From: Acetatifactor sp.
GTDB taxonomy: Bacteria; Bacillota; Clostridia; Lachnospirales; Lachnospiraceae
Assembly: GCA_045544275.1 (NCBI GenBank)
Contig: JAZPYS010000084.1
Span: 1,471-65,470 of the forward strand
DNA length: 64,000 nucleotides
Reading direction: 5' to 3'
Shown here: positions 17,440 through 28,749 of the stretch, in pieces
Position numbering within the stretch: the stretch's first letter is position 1
How the letters are laid out: each line of letters opens with the position of its first letter
Notes under the pieces: generated by a model
Database searches by the model: none
What the model saw: only the letters and a program-made list of their open reading frames with translations
What the model was told of the DNA's origin: nothing
Translations under genes and position numbers: made by a program

Positions 17440-20367
17440 ATGACGAACATGAGAATAGAAGACTTAGCAGCATATCAGGTGCTGGAAAAAAGAGAGATTG
17501 CAGATTTAAATTCAACCGGCTTCTTGCTGAAGCATAAAAAATCAGGCGCAAGAATTGCCCTGATTTCCAATGATGACGAGAACAAAGTATTTTACATCGG
17601 TTTCAGGACCACTCCTGCAGATTCCACCGGTGTTGCCCATATTCTTGAGCATTCTGTGCTTTGTGGTTCACGGGAATTTCCTATCAAGGATCCTTTTGTG
17701 GAGTTGGTAAAGGGGTCACTGAACACATTTTTGAATGCTATGACTTATCCGGACAAGACTGTATATCCGGTGGCAAGCTGCAACGACAAGGATTTTCAGA
17801 ATCTGATGCATGTTTATCTGGATGCGGTATTTTATCCAAATATCTATAAAAATGAAAAGATCTTCCGTCAGGAAGGCTGGCATTATGAAATGGAGAATCT
17901 GGATGATGAACTGAAGATCAATGGTGTTGTTTACAATGAAATGAAGGGAGCATTTTCTTCCGCAGATGATGTGATGATGCGTGAGATGATGAACTCTCTG
18001 TATCCGGACACTACTTACGGTTTTGAATCCGGCGGGGATCCGGATTGTATTCCGGACCTGACCTATGAAGACTTTATGAATTTCCACAGTAGATATTATC
18101 ATCCCTCCAATTCCTATATTTACCTGTATGGTAATATGGACATGGCAGAAAAGTTACAGTTTATCGACGAAAAGTATCTTTCCAATTTTGAGGCGATTCA
18201 GGTGGACAGCCGGATTCAGACACAGCAGCCGTTTGAAGCAGTTAACCGTGTGGTAAAGGAGTACCCCATCAGCGACAATGAAAAGGAAGAAGAGACGGCA
18301 TACTTGAGTTTGAATATGGCAGTGGGCGATAGTCTGGACAAGGAGTTGTATGTGGGCTTCCAGATCGTTGATTACGCCCTGTGTACCGCACCGGGTGCAC
18401 CGCTAAAGCAGGCGCTTCTGGACAAAAATATCGGCAGGGATGTATACAGTACTTATGACAATGGCATCAAGCAGCCATCCTTTAGTATTGTAGCGAAGGA
18501 TACTAGCATGGATAAAGAAGAAGCCTTCTTAACAACGATCCAGGATGTTCTGACCGATATCTGCCAAAATGGTTTTGACCACAAGGCACTGCTGGCAGGT
18601 ATTAATTATTATGAATTCAAATACAGAGAAGCAGACTTTGGCTCTGCACCCAAGGGGTTGATGTATGGTCTGCAGATTTTGGACAGTTGGCTGTATGATG
18701 ATACCAAGCCTTTTGTGCATATTGAGGCAAATGAGACTTTTAAGAAGCTCCGTGAAAAGGTGGAAGAAGGATATTTTGAGGAACTGGTAAGAAGATATCT
18801 GCTTGGAAATACCCATAAGTCCATCGTTATTCTAAAGCCTAAGAAAGGTCTGACAGAAGAAAGAGACAACGCATTAAAAGTAAAGCTGGCAGAAAAAAGA
18901 GCTTCCATGACGGCAGAAGAACTGGAAAAAATCGTGACAGATACGAAAGAACTGCAGGCATATCAGGAGTCTGAAGACAGCAAAGAAGATCTGGAGAAGA
19001 TTCCGCTTCTGTCAAGAGAAGACATTGGCAGAGATGCCCGGAAACTTATTTATGAGGAAAGAAGGTTCGGAGATATTCCGGTGCTCTATCATCCGATTTT
19101 TACCAACGGTATCGGATATTTGCGCATGATATTTAAGGTACAGGATATCCCACAGGAGCTGTTCCAGTATGTTGGTATCCTGAAAGGTGTGTTGGGACTG
19201 CTGAATACAAAGAATTATCAATATGGAGATCTTTTCAATGAGGTCAATATCATGACTGGTGGTATGTCAGTTGTGAACAATGCCTATGCTAACGTAGACG
19301 ATTTGAATCAGTATCAGCTGACTATGGAAGTAAAGACTAAGGTGCTTTATCAGAATATTGGCAAGGCAACCCGACTGATGCAGGAAATTCTGATGACATC
19401 CGACTTTGCAGATACCAAGCGACTGAGTGAGATTATTGCAGAGGGCAAGTCCAGAATGCAGGGACAGATGATATCAGCAGGGCATAATGTGGCAGTAAAC
19501 AGAGCGTTGTCCTACGGAAGTGCGTCGGGAGAAGTCAGCGAACTCATTTCCGGCATTCCGTTCTATCGCTTCAGCACAGAGTTGATCGAGAATTTTGAAG
19601 GGAAGAAGGAGGAGTTGGTAACTGCACTGCAGACATTGGCAAAGATGATCTTCCGCAAAGAAAATCTGATGGTAGATTTTATCGGAACCGAGGAAGGTCT
19701 TGGGAAGGTGGAAACTGCGACAGCAGACTTTGCTGCCGGCTTATATGATTGTCCTGTAGAAAAAGGAACTTTAAATCTGGAAATCAGCAGGAAAAATGAG
19801 GCATTCATGACCTCGGGTCAGGTACAGTATGTGTGTCGTGCCGGCAATTTCCGCAGAGCCGGGCTGCCGTATACAGGTGCTCTGCGTATGTTGAAAGTTA
19901 TGATGGGCTATGATTATCTGTGGAACAATATCCGAGTGAAGGGTGGTGCTTACGGTTGTATGTGCAATTTCGGCAAGTCCGGTGAAAGTTATTTTGTATC
20001 TTACAGAGATCCGAATCTGACGAAAACCATCGATGTCTATGAGAAGGCAGCAGATACCATCGCAGCATTTGATGCGGATGAAAGAACCTTGACCCAATAC
20101 CTGATCGGTGCCATCAGTGATCTGGACAACCCCATGAATCCTTCGGCAGCAGGTTTGTTCTCATTGAGTGCATATATGACCGGGTTGACCCAGGAAATGC
20201 TGCAGAAAGAAAGAGACGAGCTGATTGCGGCTACTGCAGAGGATATCAGAGGATTGGCAGAGTATATCCGCGCATTTATGAGTGAAGACTTCCTTTGCGT
20301 TGTAGGAAATGCAGAGAAGATCAAGGAAGTGAAGGAGATTTTCGGGAAGGTAGAGAATTTGGTATAG
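17440..20367 (+). CDS. M16C (presequence protease / insulinase family) zinc peptidase
   Basis: HILEH inverted zinc motif, TFLNAMTYPDKTVYP, GVVYNEMKG, IRVKGGAYG, SYRDPN. Confidence 0.93.
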   Translation: MTNMRIEDLAAYQVLEKREIADLNSTGFLLKHKKSGARIALISNDDENKVFYIGFRTTPADSTGVAHILEHSVLCGSREFPIKDPFVELVKGSLNTFLNAMTYPDKTVYPVASCNDKDFQNLMHVYLDAVFYPNIYKNEKIFRQEGWHYEMENLDDELKINGVVYNEMKGAFSSADDVMMREMMNSLYPDTTYGFESGGDPDCIPDLTYEDFMNFHSRYYHPSNSYIYLYGNMDMAEKLQFIDEKYLSNFEAIQVDSRIQTQQPFEAVNRVVKEYPISDNEKEEETAYLSLNMAVGDSLDKELYVGFQIVDYALCTAPGAPLKQALLDKNIGRDVYSTYDNGIKQPSFSIVAKDTSMDKEEAFLTTIQDVLTDICQNGFDHKALLAGINYYEFKYREADFGSAPKGLMYGLQILDSWLYDDTKPFVHIEANETFKKLREKVEEGYFEELVRRYLLGNTHKSIVILKPKKGLTEERDNALKVKLAEKRASMTAEELEKIVTDTKELQAYQESEDSKEDLEKIPLLSREDIGRDARKLIYEERRFGDIPVLYHPIFTNGIGYLRMIFKVQDIPQELFQYVGILKGVLGLLNTKNYQYGDLFNEVNIMTGGMSVVNNAYANVDDLNQYQLTMEVKTKVLYQNIGKATRLMQEILMTSDFADTKRLSEIIAEGKSRMQGQMISAGHNVAVNRALSYGSASGEVSELISGIPFYRFSTELIENFEGKKEELVTALQTLAKMIFRKENLMVDFIGTEEGLGKVETATADFAAGLYDCPVEKGTLNLEISRKNEAFMTSGQVQYVCRAGNFRRAGLPYTGALRMLKVMMGYDYLWNNIRVKGGAYGCMCNFGKSGESYFVSYRDPNLTKTIDVYEKAADTIAAFDADERTLTQYLIGAISDLDNPMNPSAAGLFSLSAYMTGLTQEMLQKERDELIAATAEDIRGLAEYIRAFMSEDFLCVVGNAEKIKEVKEIFGKVENLV

Positions 20368-20397
20368 TAAACACGTAATTACGAAGGGAGGAGCAGT

Positions 20398-21402
20398 ATG
20401 AGAAGCAAGAAATTAACTGTGTGGTTGATGGCGTTGTCAATGATGCTTGTATTGTCCGGTTGTGGAAGCAATATGGCCAAAAGTGATATGGCTATGACAG
20501 AATCCATGAGTGCGCAAAGTGCACCTCAGATTGAGGCCGGTGCAGAAATCTTCTATGACAATGTCATGTATGAGGAAAAAGCCAACGAAGAACCTGCAGT
20601 GGAAGCGGAGAAGGTGAATGAATCTGCGGCTGCAATGCAGGAGAGGAAACTGATCAAGACAGTGGACATGAATGTGGAGACCAAAGAGTTCGATGCTGCC
20701 ATGGCAGCTGTGGAGGAAAAGGTTACTGAACTGGGCGGTTATATTGAGAATATGGAGACCTACAACGGCAGCAGTTATTCCGGCTACCGCTCCTCACGGA
20801 ATGTGAACATGACCGTTCGCATTCCAAGACAGCATCTGGAGACATTTTTAGATACTGTGGCAGGTATCAGTAATGTAGTCAGACGCAGTGAAAGTGTGGA
20901 GGATGTAACCCTTACATATGTGGATTTGGAAAGCCATAAAAAAGTGCTTCAGGCAGAGCAGGAAACCCTTATCGAACTAATGAAGAAAGCGGAAGCTATC
21001 GAGGATATCATCACCATTGAAAGCAGACTTTCTGAGGTCAGATACCAGATTGAGAGCATGGAATCTCAACTGCGGACTTTCGACAACAAGGTAAATTATA
21101 GTACGGTGTACCTTTATGTGGAAGAAGTGAAGGAACTGACTCCTATCGTAGAAGAAACTGTGTTGGAGCGTATCGGAAACGGCTTTATAGACAGTGTAGA
21201 GGAAATCCGTGATGGTTTGACTGAGTTTGCAGTCTGGTTCGTAGTGAATATCCCCTATTTCATCCTGTGGATCCTTGTGCTTATCGTAGTGATCCTGGTT
21301 TGCAAGGTATTTATAAAGGTGCTGCAGGGGAGGAATGACCGGTGGAAAGATAAGGAGATCAGCCGGGGAAAGCGTGAAGAGGAAGAAAAAAACAGGAAAT
21401 AA
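20398..21402 (+). CDS. DUF4349-type lipoprotein with C-terminal TM helix
   Basis: Lipobox LSGC, RKLIKT, TVRIP, EDVT..YVD, RL.EVRYQIE, VNYSTVYL. Confidence 0.8.
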   Translation: MRSKKLTVWLMALSMMLVLSGCGSNMAKSDMAMTESMSAQSAPQIEAGAEIFYDNVMYEEKANEEPAVEAEKVNESAAAMQERKLIKTVDMNVETKEFDAAMAAVEEKVTELGGYIENMETYNGSSYSGYRSSRNVNMTVRIPRQHLETFLDTVAGISNVVRRSESVEDVTLTYVDLESHKKVLQAEQETLIELMKKAEAIEDIITIESRLSEVRYQIESMESQLRTFDNKVNYSTVYLYVEEVKELTPIVEETVLERIGNGFIDSVEEIRDGLTEFAVWFVVNIPYFILWILVLIVVILVCKVFIKVLQGRNDRWKDKEISRGKREEEEKNRK

Positions 21403-21498
21403 TCCCCAGTTAAATTTCCGCATACTCACAGGGGAAAATGCTCAACCTAATGTCAGACATACTTTAGTATGTGACAGATGAAGAAAGCGAGGAGTATG

Positions 21499-21750
21499 CG
21501 GATGAAAGAAAAAGAACCCTGGGACAGATTTTGGGGAAGCGGGCGGATTGATGATTATCTGCTTTATGCGGGAAGTGCGGAGACGCCGGATATTGGTGTG
21601 CCGGAGATGGTAGCCATGAACAATGCAGCAGAAATGTCCGGTATCGGCGGAGTAGATACCTTCGGAATCAATCTCCTGCCTGCCATTGCACTGCAGCAGG
21701 AGATGAATGCAGATGCAGCTGTGCGGGATGAAGAGGATTTCCCAAGATAG
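21499..21750 (+). CDS. YqzL-like small protein
   Basis: WDRFWGSGRIDDYLLY resembles the YqzL motif; position upstream of era-recO. Confidence 0.55.
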   Translation, partial: RMKEKEPWDRFWGSGRIDDYLLYAGSAETPDIGVPEMVAMNNAAEMSGIGGVDTFGINLLPAIALQQEMNADAAVRDEEDFPR

Positions 21751-21756
21751 TGGAAT

Positions 21757-21800
21757 AAACGATAGATATTTGCCGAAACGGTGAGTAGCTATCGTTTTTT
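21757..21800 (+). terminator. Intrinsic terminator
   Basis: AAACGATAG ... CTATCGTTT plus T run. Confidence 0.65.
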
Positions 21801-21877
21801 AGTGTTTTTTGACAAAAGCCTTAGGGTATGTTAAACTATAAAAAATAAAACTAATGGATATAAAGAAGAGGAACAAC

Positions 21878-22786
21878 ATGAACGAAAATTCATCCTATAA
21901 AGCTGGTTTTGCGACCTTGATCGGACGACCAAATGTGGGCAAGTCAACATTAATGAATAAATTGATCGGACAGAAGATTGCTATCACCAGCAATAAACCC
22001 CAGACTACCAGAAATCGTATTCAGACGGTGTATACTTCTGAAGAGGGACAAATTGTATTTCTGGATACTCCGGGAATTCACAAGGCAAAGAATAAGCTGG
22101 GCAATTATATGGTGGGTATAGCGGAACGCACATTGTCAGAGGTAGATGTAATCCTCTGGTTAGTGGAACCCACCAACTACATCGGTGCCGGTGAACAGCA
22201 CATACTCTCGCAGTTGAAAAAGACGAAGACACCGGTGATTCTGGTCATCAACAAAGTGGATAAGGTGAAGAAGGAAGAGATTTTAGAGTATATTGATACT
22301 TATCGCAAAGAGTTGGAGTTTGCGGAGATCGTACCGGTTTCGGCATTGAAGGGTGATAATTGTGAGACATTGATCAAATGCATCATGAAGTATCTGCCTT
22401 ATGGACCAGCATTTTATGATGAGGATACGATTACTGATCAGCCTATGCGGCAGATTGTAGCTGAGTTGATTCGGGAAAAAGCACTGAGATGTCTGGACGA
22501 GGAGATTCCTCATGGTGTGGCAGTCAGTATTGACAGTATGAAGTATCGTAAGAATATCTGTGATATTGATGCTACCATTGTATGTGAGAGGGATTCTCAC
22601 AAGGGCATCATTATTGGTCGGGGCGGCAGTATGCTAAAGAAAATTGGATCTACAGCCAGACCGGATATTGAGGATTTGTTGGAGATGCAGGTAAATCTTC
22701 AGCTTTGGGTGAAGGTCAAGAAAGACTGGAGAGACAGTGATTTCCTTTTGAAGAACTTCGGGTATAATCCACAGGATATAAAATAA
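21878..22786 (+). CDS. era: GTPase Era
   Basis: GRPNVGKST, DTPG, NKVD, KH domain with IIIGRGG. Confidence 0.97.
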   Translation: MNENSSYKAGFATLIGRPNVGKSTLMNKLIGQKIAITSNKPQTTRNRIQTVYTSEEGQIVFLDTPGIHKAKNKLGNYMVGIAERTLSEVDVILWLVEPTNYIGAGEQHILSQLKKTKTPVILVINKVDKVKKEEILEYIDTYRKELEFAEIVPVSALKGDNCETLIKCIMKYLPYGPAFYDEDTITDQPMRQIVAELIREKALRCLDEEIPHGVAVSIDSMKYRKNICDIDATIVCERDSHKGIIIGRGGSMLKKIGSTARPDIEDLLEMQVNLQLWVKVKKDWRDSDFLLKNFGYNPQDIK

Positions 22787-23433
22787 TGCAGGATTTTATT
22801 TATGTAACGGGAATTATTTTGAAGCAGACGCCTGTGGGGGAGTATGACAGACTTATCTGCCTTCTGACCACGGATCGTGGAAAAATATCAGCTTTTGTAA
22901 AGGGATGCCGGCGCAGCGGCAACAGACTTGCTGGTGCTGCCAATCCCTTTTCTTTTGGTGTATTCAAATTGTATGAAGGGAAAAATTCTTATACCGTTGC
23001 AGAAGCGGACATTAAGAATTATTTTGAAGAGCTTCGCAAGGATTATATGGCGGCTTATTACGGCATGTATTTTGCGGAGATTGCAGATTACTATACCCGG
23101 GAGAACAATGATGAGCGGGAGATGATGAAATTACTGTACCAGTCCCTGCGGGCATTGTGTGTGGAGTCCATTCCCAATCCACTTGTCAGGTGTATTTTTG
23201 AAATCAAGAGCATTGTAGTAAATGGGGAGTTTCCGGGAGTCCCTGTGGACTGGGTGCTGGATGAGTCTACAGCTTATGCTGTGAATTTTATCCTGGAAAG
23301 TCCTATAGAAAAACTTTTTACATTTGCAGTCAGTGAGACTGTGCTGACAGAGCTGGAGCAGTTGGCTCATTATTATTGCAGCAAGGTCTTCGACCGGCAG
23401 TTCAAGAGTCTGGAAGTGTTGGAGGGAATTTGA
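22786..23433 (+). CDS. recO: DNA repair protein RecO
   Basis: GEYDRL..LLT...GKI OB-fold start; TAATG coupling to era. Confidence 0.9.
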   Translation: MQDFIYVTGIILKQTPVGEYDRLICLLTTDRGKISAFVKGCRRSGNRLAGAANPFSFGVFKLYEGKNSYTVAEADIKNYFEELRKDYMAAYYGMYFAEIADYYTRENNDEREMMKLLYQSLRALCVESIPNPLVRCIFEIKSIVVNGEFPGVPVDWVLDESTAYAVNFILESPIEKLFTFAVSETVLTELEQLAHYYCSKVFDRQFKSLEVLEGI

Positions 23434-23455
23434 ATGAAAATATAAAAACTTCATA

Positions 23456-23484
23456 TTGAAAAAACCTCCACTCTCATATATAAT
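23456..23484 (+). promoter_or_regulatory. Sigma-A promoter
   Basis: TTGAAA-N17-TATAAT; implies that the ORF-track start at 23456 is too early. Confidence 0.65.
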
Positions 23485-23524
23485 AGATAAATCATGGGTT
23501 AGTATGTTTTTTGAAAGGATTAAA

Positions 23525-24157
23525 ATGAGAAGATACGCTAAATTAATGACAACAATTTTAATACTTACGTTATTCATGATCTTAGGTCTTACCGGATGTG
23601 GTGAGAAGGAAGTGATTCCTGTGACTGAGCCTACGGTGGAGATTACGGCGGATGGAGAGATGATCGCATATCTGGTGGAAGATTTCGACAAGGAATATTA
23701 TGACCTTTCGGAATTGGATGCTATGGTAAGAGAAGAGGTTGCCGAGTATGTAAAAGAGCAGGCACTGGTAACTGAGACCGGCAAGGAAGGTCTTACAGTG
23801 GAATCTGTGTCCATGGCCGCAGACGGCAGCAAAAAGGCAGTCGTAGCATTGAAATTTGCAAATAGCGAGATCTATGGGGAGTATTTTGATGTGGAAGCTT
23901 TCTATGGTACAGTGGCAGAAGCAGAGGCAGCTGGTTATGGTCTCAGTGCAGCACTTATTAGTGTGAAAGACGGCGAGATTTTCACAGATGAACAGGCAAA
24001 AAAACACAGCAAGAAGAAGATTCTTGTAATCCAGGAGGCTGTCATCGTAAGATGCCCGAAAGAAGTTCTTTATGTGGGAACGAATGCAAGTCTTACTGAG
24101 GAAGGATTTGTAGATTGTACCCAGGGCGAAGGTTTGAATTTGATAATTATGAAATAA
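23525..24157 (+). CDS. Hypothetical lipoprotein
   Basis: Signal peptide ending in lipobox LTGC; GAAAGGA RBS before ATG 23525. Confidence 0.75.
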   Translation: MRRYAKLMTTILILTLFMILGLTGCGEKEVIPVTEPTVEITADGEMIAYLVEDFDKEYYDLSELDAMVREEVAEYVKEQALVTETGKEGLTVESVSMAADGSKKAVVALKFANSEIYGEYFDVEAFYGTVAEAEAAGYGLSAALISVKDGEIFTDEQAKKHSKKKILVIQEAVIVRCPKEVLYVGTNASLTEEGFVDCTQGEGLNLIIMK

Positions 24158-24191
24158 CATAAACGCCGGAAAACGGCAGAAAGAGGACATT

Positions 24192-25580
24192 ATGGAAAAA
24201 ACAATGGAAAAAATCGTAGCATTGGCGAAGGCGAGAGGATTTGTATATCCCGGTTCTGAAATCTATGGTGGTTTGGCGAATACATGGGACTATGGTAACC
24301 TGGGTGTAGAACTGAAGAACAATGTGAAAAAAGCATGGTGGCAGAAGTTTGTACAGGAAAATCCTTACAACGTAGGTGTAGACTGTGCCATCCTTATGAA
24401 CCCTCAGACATGGGTAGCCAGCGGACATCTTGGTGGTTTCTCAGACCCTTTGATGGACTGTAAGGAATGTCATGAACGTTTCCGTGCAGATAAGCTGATC
24501 GAAGATTATTGTGAAGAAAACGGCATCACTTTAGAGGAAAGTGTTGACGCATGGAGTCAGGAGCAGATGAAGGCCTTTGTGGAAGAAAAGAATATTCCAT
24601 GTCCTACCTGCGGCAAACATAATTTTACAGACATCCGTCAGTTCAACTTGATGTTCAAAACATTTCAGGGTGTAACAGAAGATGCTAAGAATACTGTATA
24701 CTTAAGACCTGAAACAGCGCAGGGTATTTTTGTTAACTTCAAGAACGTACAGAGAACTTCCCGTAAGAAGGTTCCTTTCGGTATCGCACAGATCGGTAAG
24801 TCTTTCCGTAACGAGATCACTCCCGGCAACTTTACTTTCCGTACCAGAGAGTTTGAACAGATGGAATTGGAATTCTTCTGCGAACCGGGTACAGATCTTG
24901 AATGGTTCCAGTACTGGAGAAGCTTCTGCCATAACTGGCTGCTTTCTCTTGGTATGAAAGATGAAGAATTGCGTCTGCGTGACCACAGCCCTGAAGAACT
25001 CAGCTTCTACAGCAAGGCTACTACCGATTTCGAATTCTTATTCCCATTCGGTTGGGGTGAGCTTTGGGGTATCGCTGACAGAACTGATTATGACCTGACA
25101 CAGCATCAGAATGTTTCCGGCGAGGATATGTCATATTTTGATGATGAGAAGAAACAGAAGTATGTTCCTTATGTAGTAGAGCCTTCATTGGGAGCTGACC
25201 GTGTGGTTCTGGCATTCCTTTGTGCTGCTTATGATGAAGAAGAGCTGGAAGGCGGCGATATGCGTACCGTGCTTCGTTTCCATCCTGCACTGGCACCTGT
25301 TAAGATCGGTGTGCTTCCTTTAAGTAAGAAGTTGAATGAAGGTGCTGAAAAGGTCTATGCACAGCTCTGCAAGAAATATAATTGTGAATTTGATGACAGA
25401 GGCAATATCGGTAAGAGATATCGTCGTCAGGACGAAATCGGTACTCCTTTCTGTGTAACTTATGACTTTGAATCTGAGAATGATGGTTGTGTAACTGTTC
25501 GTTTCCGTGATTCTATGGAACAGGAAAGAGTGGCAATTGCTGATCTGGATGCTTATTTCGCTGACAAGTTTGTATTTTAG
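24192..25580 (+). CDS. glyQS: Glycine--tRNA ligase (homodimeric type)
   Basis: [43 protein letters not shown]. Confidence 0.97.
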   Translation: MEKTMEKIVALAKARGFVYPGSEIYGGLANTWDYGNLGVELKNNVKKAWWQKFVQENPYNVGVDCAILMNPQTWVASGHLGGFSDPLMDCKECHERFRADKLIEDYCEENGITLEESVDAWSQEQMKAFVEEKNIPCPTCGKHNFTDIRQFNLMFKTFQGVTEDAKNTVYLRPETAQGIFVNFKNVQRTSRKKVPFGIAQIGKSFRNEITPGNFTFRTREFEQMELEFFCEPGTDLEWFQYWRSFCHNWLLSLGMKDEELRLRDHSPEELSFYSKATTDFEFLFPFGWGELWGIADRTDYDLTQHQNVSGEDMSYFDDEKKQKYVPYVVEPSLGADRVVLAFLCAAYDEEELEGGDMRTVLRFHPALAPVKIGVLPLSKKLNEGAEKVYAQLCKKYNCEFDDRGNIGKRYRRQDEIGTPFCVTYDFESENDGCVTVRFRDSMEQERVAIADLDAYFADKFVF

Positions 25581-25652
25581 TTCAGCCATGCAAAAAATTA
25601 GTGTAAGACACTCGTGTGAGTGTCTTGCACTCTTATATTAGGAGGAAAAACC

Positions 25653-28307
25653 ATGAAAGCATATGGTGTAAACGAATTGCGTAGAATGTACCTTGAGTTC
25701 TTTGAAAGCAAAGAACATCTGAGAATGAACAGTTTCTCACTGGTACCTCATAATGATAATTCTTTGTTGATTATTAACTCCGGTATGGCTCCTTTGAAGC
25801 CTTACTTCACCGGACAGGAAATTCCCCCTCGTCGCAGAGTGACTACATGCCAGAAGTGTGTAAGAACCGGTGATATTGAAAATGTAGGTAAAACAGCAAG
25901 ACATCTTACTTTCTTTGAAATGCTGGGTAACTTCTCTTTTGGAGATTATTTTAAGCACGAAGCGATTGCCTGGAGCTGGGAGTTTTTAACGCAGGTGATC
26001 GGTATGGAGCCGGAACGTCTGTATCCATCTATCTATTGCGAAGATGATGAAGCTTTTGATATTTGGGTAAATGAAATTGGTGTGGCACCGGAAAAGATTA
26101 CCCGTTTCTACCGGGATGAGAATGGTAAGTGTGACAACTTCTGGGAACACGGTGCAGGTCCCTGCGGTCCTTGTTCAGAAATTTATTATGACAGAGGCGA
26201 GAAGTACGGGTGCGGTAATCCAGATTGTAAGGTGGGCTGTGAATGTGATCGTTTCATGGAAGTATGGAACAATGTATTTACCCAGTTCGAAAGCGATGGT
26301 GCAGGTAATTATACAGAGCTTGTTCAGAAGAACATCGATACCGGTATGGGTCTGGAACGTCTGGCAGCAGTGGTGCAGGATGTAACCAGTGTATTTGATA
26401 TTGATACCATGAAGGCAATACGTGACCGTATCTGCGAGATTGCAGGCGTAACCTATCAGACTGATGAAGCAAAGGATGTTTCTATTCGTCTGATTACAGA
26501 TCATATCCGTTCTTCAACCTTTATGATCAGTGATGGCATCATGCCTTCCAATGAAGGTCGTGGTTATGTGCTCAGAAGATTGATCCGTCGTGCTGCAAGA
26601 CATGGCAGATTACTGGGCATTGACGGCAAGTTCCTTGCAAACTTGTCTCAGACAGTTATCGCAGAATGCAAGGACGGTTACCCGGAACTGGAAGATAAGA
26701 AGGCATTTATCCTGAATGTTCTCACTCAGGAAGAGGATAAATTTGACAAGACTATCGATCAGGGCTTATCCATTTTGGGTGAAATGGAAGAAGCTATGGC
26801 AGCGAAGGGAGTTACTGAGCTGTCCGGCGAAGATGCATTTAAGCTGTACGATACTTACGGATTCCCTACAGATCTGACAGAAGAGATTCTTGCAGAAAAA
26901 GGATTTACCATTGATCATGCCGGTTTTGCAGTATGTATGCAGGAACAGAAGGAAAAGGCTCGTAAGGCAAGAAAAGTAACCAACTATATGGGTGCTGATG
27001 TTACTGTATACGAGTCTATTGATCCAAGTATTACAACTGAATTTGTAGGTTATGACAGACTGGTACACGATTCCAAAGTGACTGTGTTGACAACGGAAAC
27101 AGAGTTAGTGGAAGCTCTGACTGATGGACAAGTTGGTACTGTGATCGTGGAGGAAACTTGCTTTTATGCTACCATGGGTGGCCAGTGTGGTGATATCGGT
27201 GTGATTGAGACAGCAGACGGCAGCTTCGAAGTGAAAGATACTGTGAAGCTTTTGGGCGGCAAGGTTGGACATATTGGTGTCGTTACTAAGGGTATGATTA
27301 AAGTCGGTGACGTGGCTACTTTGAAAGTGGATGTGTCCAGAAGAACAGATACCTGCAAGAACCATTCAGCAACTCACCTGCTCCAGAAAGCACTCCGTGA
27401 AGTACTGGGCACACATGTGGAACAGGCTGGTTCCTATGTGGATGGCGAAAGACTTCGTTTTGACTTCTCTCACTTTGCTGCAATGACTGCAGAAGAATTG
27501 AAGAAAGTGGAAGAAATCGTTAACAGCAAGATTGAAGAGAATATGAGCGTTGTTACCAAAGTGATGACCATCGAAGAAGCGAAGAAGACCGGTGCTATGG
27601 CACTGTTCGGAGAGAAGTATGGTGAAACTGTTCGTGTGGTACAGATGGGGGATTTCTCTACTGAACTTTGCGGCGGTACTCATGTGTCAAATACCGGTGT
27701 GATCAATGCGTTTAAGATTCTTTCCGAAAATGGTGTTGCTGCCGGTGTCAGAAGAATCGAAGCACTGACAGGTAAGGGTGTATTTAACTATTACAAGGAT
27801 ATGGAAGCGCGTGTGGAAGCAGCTGCTAAGGCACTGAAGACAACACCTGCAAACCTTGTGGAACGCTGCGAACATGTGATGGCTGAGATGAAGGCTCTTG
27901 CATCAGAGAACGAGTCCTTAAAGAGCAAGGCTGCTAAGGATGCACTTGGTGATGTAATGAATCAGGTGGTAGAAGTGAAGGGTGTGAAGCTTTTGGCTGC
28001 AAGTGTAGATGGCGTAGATATGAACGGACTTCGAGATCTGGGAGACCAGTTGAAGGAAAAACTTGGCGAAGGTGTTGTGGTTCTGCTCTCTAATATGGAC
28101 GGCAAGGTAAATATCATTGCTATGGCTACAGATGCTGCTTTGAAGGCAGGTGCTCATGCAGGCAATTTGATCAAAGGCATCGCTGCATTGGTTGGCGGCG
28201 GTGGCGGCGGTCGTCCTAACATGGCACAGGCTGGCGGCAAGAATCCGGCTGGCATATCGGCTGCAATTGCAGAAGCTGCTAAGGTGCTGGAAGGACAGAT
28301 AAAGTAA
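25653..28307 (+). CDS. alaS: Alanine--tRNA ligase
   Basis: NSGMAP, FFEMLGNFSFGDYFK, DTGMGLER, HSATHLL, ELCGGTH, GGGGRP. Confidence 0.98.
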   Translation: MKAYGVNELRRMYLEFFESKEHLRMNSFSLVPHNDNSLLIINSGMAPLKPYFTGQEIPPRRRVTTCQKCVRTGDIENVGKTARHLTFFEMLGNFSFGDYFKHEAIAWSWEFLTQVIGMEPERLYPSIYCEDDEAFDIWVNEIGVAPEKITRFYRDENGKCDNFWEHGAGPCGPCSEIYYDRGEKYGCGNPDCKVGCECDRFMEVWNNVFTQFESDGAGNYTELVQKNIDTGMGLERLAAVVQDVTSVFDIDTMKAIRDRICEIAGVTYQTDEAKDVSIRLITDHIRSSTFMISDGIMPSNEGRGYVLRRLIRRAARHGRLLGIDGKFLANLSQTVIAECKDGYPELEDKKAFILNVLTQEEDKFDKTIDQGLSILGEMEEAMAAKGVTELSGEDAFKLYDTYGFPTDLTEEILAEKGFTIDHAGFAVCMQEQKEKARKARKVTNYMGADVTVYESIDPSITTEFVGYDRLVHDSKVTVLTTETELVEALTDGQVGTVIVEETCFYATMGGQCGDIGVIETADGSFEVKDTVKLLGGKVGHIGVVTKGMIKVGDVATLKVDVSRRTDTCKNHSATHLLQKALREVLGTHVEQAGSYVDGERLRFDFSHFAAMTAEELKKVEEIVNSKIEENMSVVTKVMTIEEAKKTGAMALFGEKYGETVRVVQMGDFSTELCGGTHVSNTGVINAFKILSENGVAAGVRRIEALTGKGVFNYYKDMEARVEAAAKALKTTPANLVERCEHVMAEMKALASENESLKSKAAKDALGDVMNQVVEVKGVKLLAASVDGVDMNGLRDLGDQLKEKLGEGVVVLLSNMDGKVNIIAMATDAALKAGAHAGNLIKGIAALVGGGGGGRPNMAQAGGKNPAGISAAIAEAAKVLEGQIK

Positions 28308-28343
28308 TTACTGCAATATTACACTAATTTTCCAAAAAAATAG

Positions 28344-28371
28344 TTGACGAGAGAAAAAAATGTGATATAAT
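28344..28371 (+). promoter_or_regulatory. rpsU promoter
   Basis: TTGACG-N16-TATAAT with TG extended -10. Confidence 0.75.
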
Positions 28372-28463
28372 ATCAGATGTGTATCAGGCGGTAAGCTTGA
28401 AAACATATAATAACCCATATCAGTCGAGATACGAGAAAGGGACTGAAGGGAGGTCGGGTGTAA

Positions 28464-28640
28464 ATGTCAAACGTAATCGTAAAAGAAAACGAAACTTTAG
28501 ATAGTGCTTTACGTCGTTTTAAGAGAAGTTGCGCAAAAGCTGGTATTCAGCAGGAAATTCGTAAGAGAGAACATTACGAAAAGCCAAGCGTAAGACGTAA
28601 GAAAAAATCTGAAGCAGCTAGAAAACGTAAATATAACTAA
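28464..28640 (+). CDS. rpsU: 30S ribosomal protein S21 (not in ORF track, 58 aa)
   Basis: [58 protein letters not shown]; GGGAGG RBS. Confidence 0.97.
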   Translation: MSNVIVKENETLDSALRRFKRSCAKAGIQQEIRKREHYEKPSVRRKKKSEAARKRKYN

Positions 28641-28665
28641 TTTTTCGAATTTAGTGAATGTGCGA

Positions 28666-28698
28666 AAAGCTCTTGGTCCATGGACTGAGAGCTTTCTT
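28666..28698 (+). terminator. Terminator after rpsU
   Basis: AAAGCTCTTGGTC-catg-GACTGAGAGCTTT hairpin. Confidence 0.75.
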
Positions 28699-28749
28699 AC
28701 GTTGTATGAATAAATTTGTCTTCATCTCCATATTTATAGTCATAAGGAT

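Noticed and set aside
24158-25652. T-box leaders for glyQS and alaS
   Set aside because: The intergenic gaps are too short (34 and ~70 bp) and carry no T-box motif.
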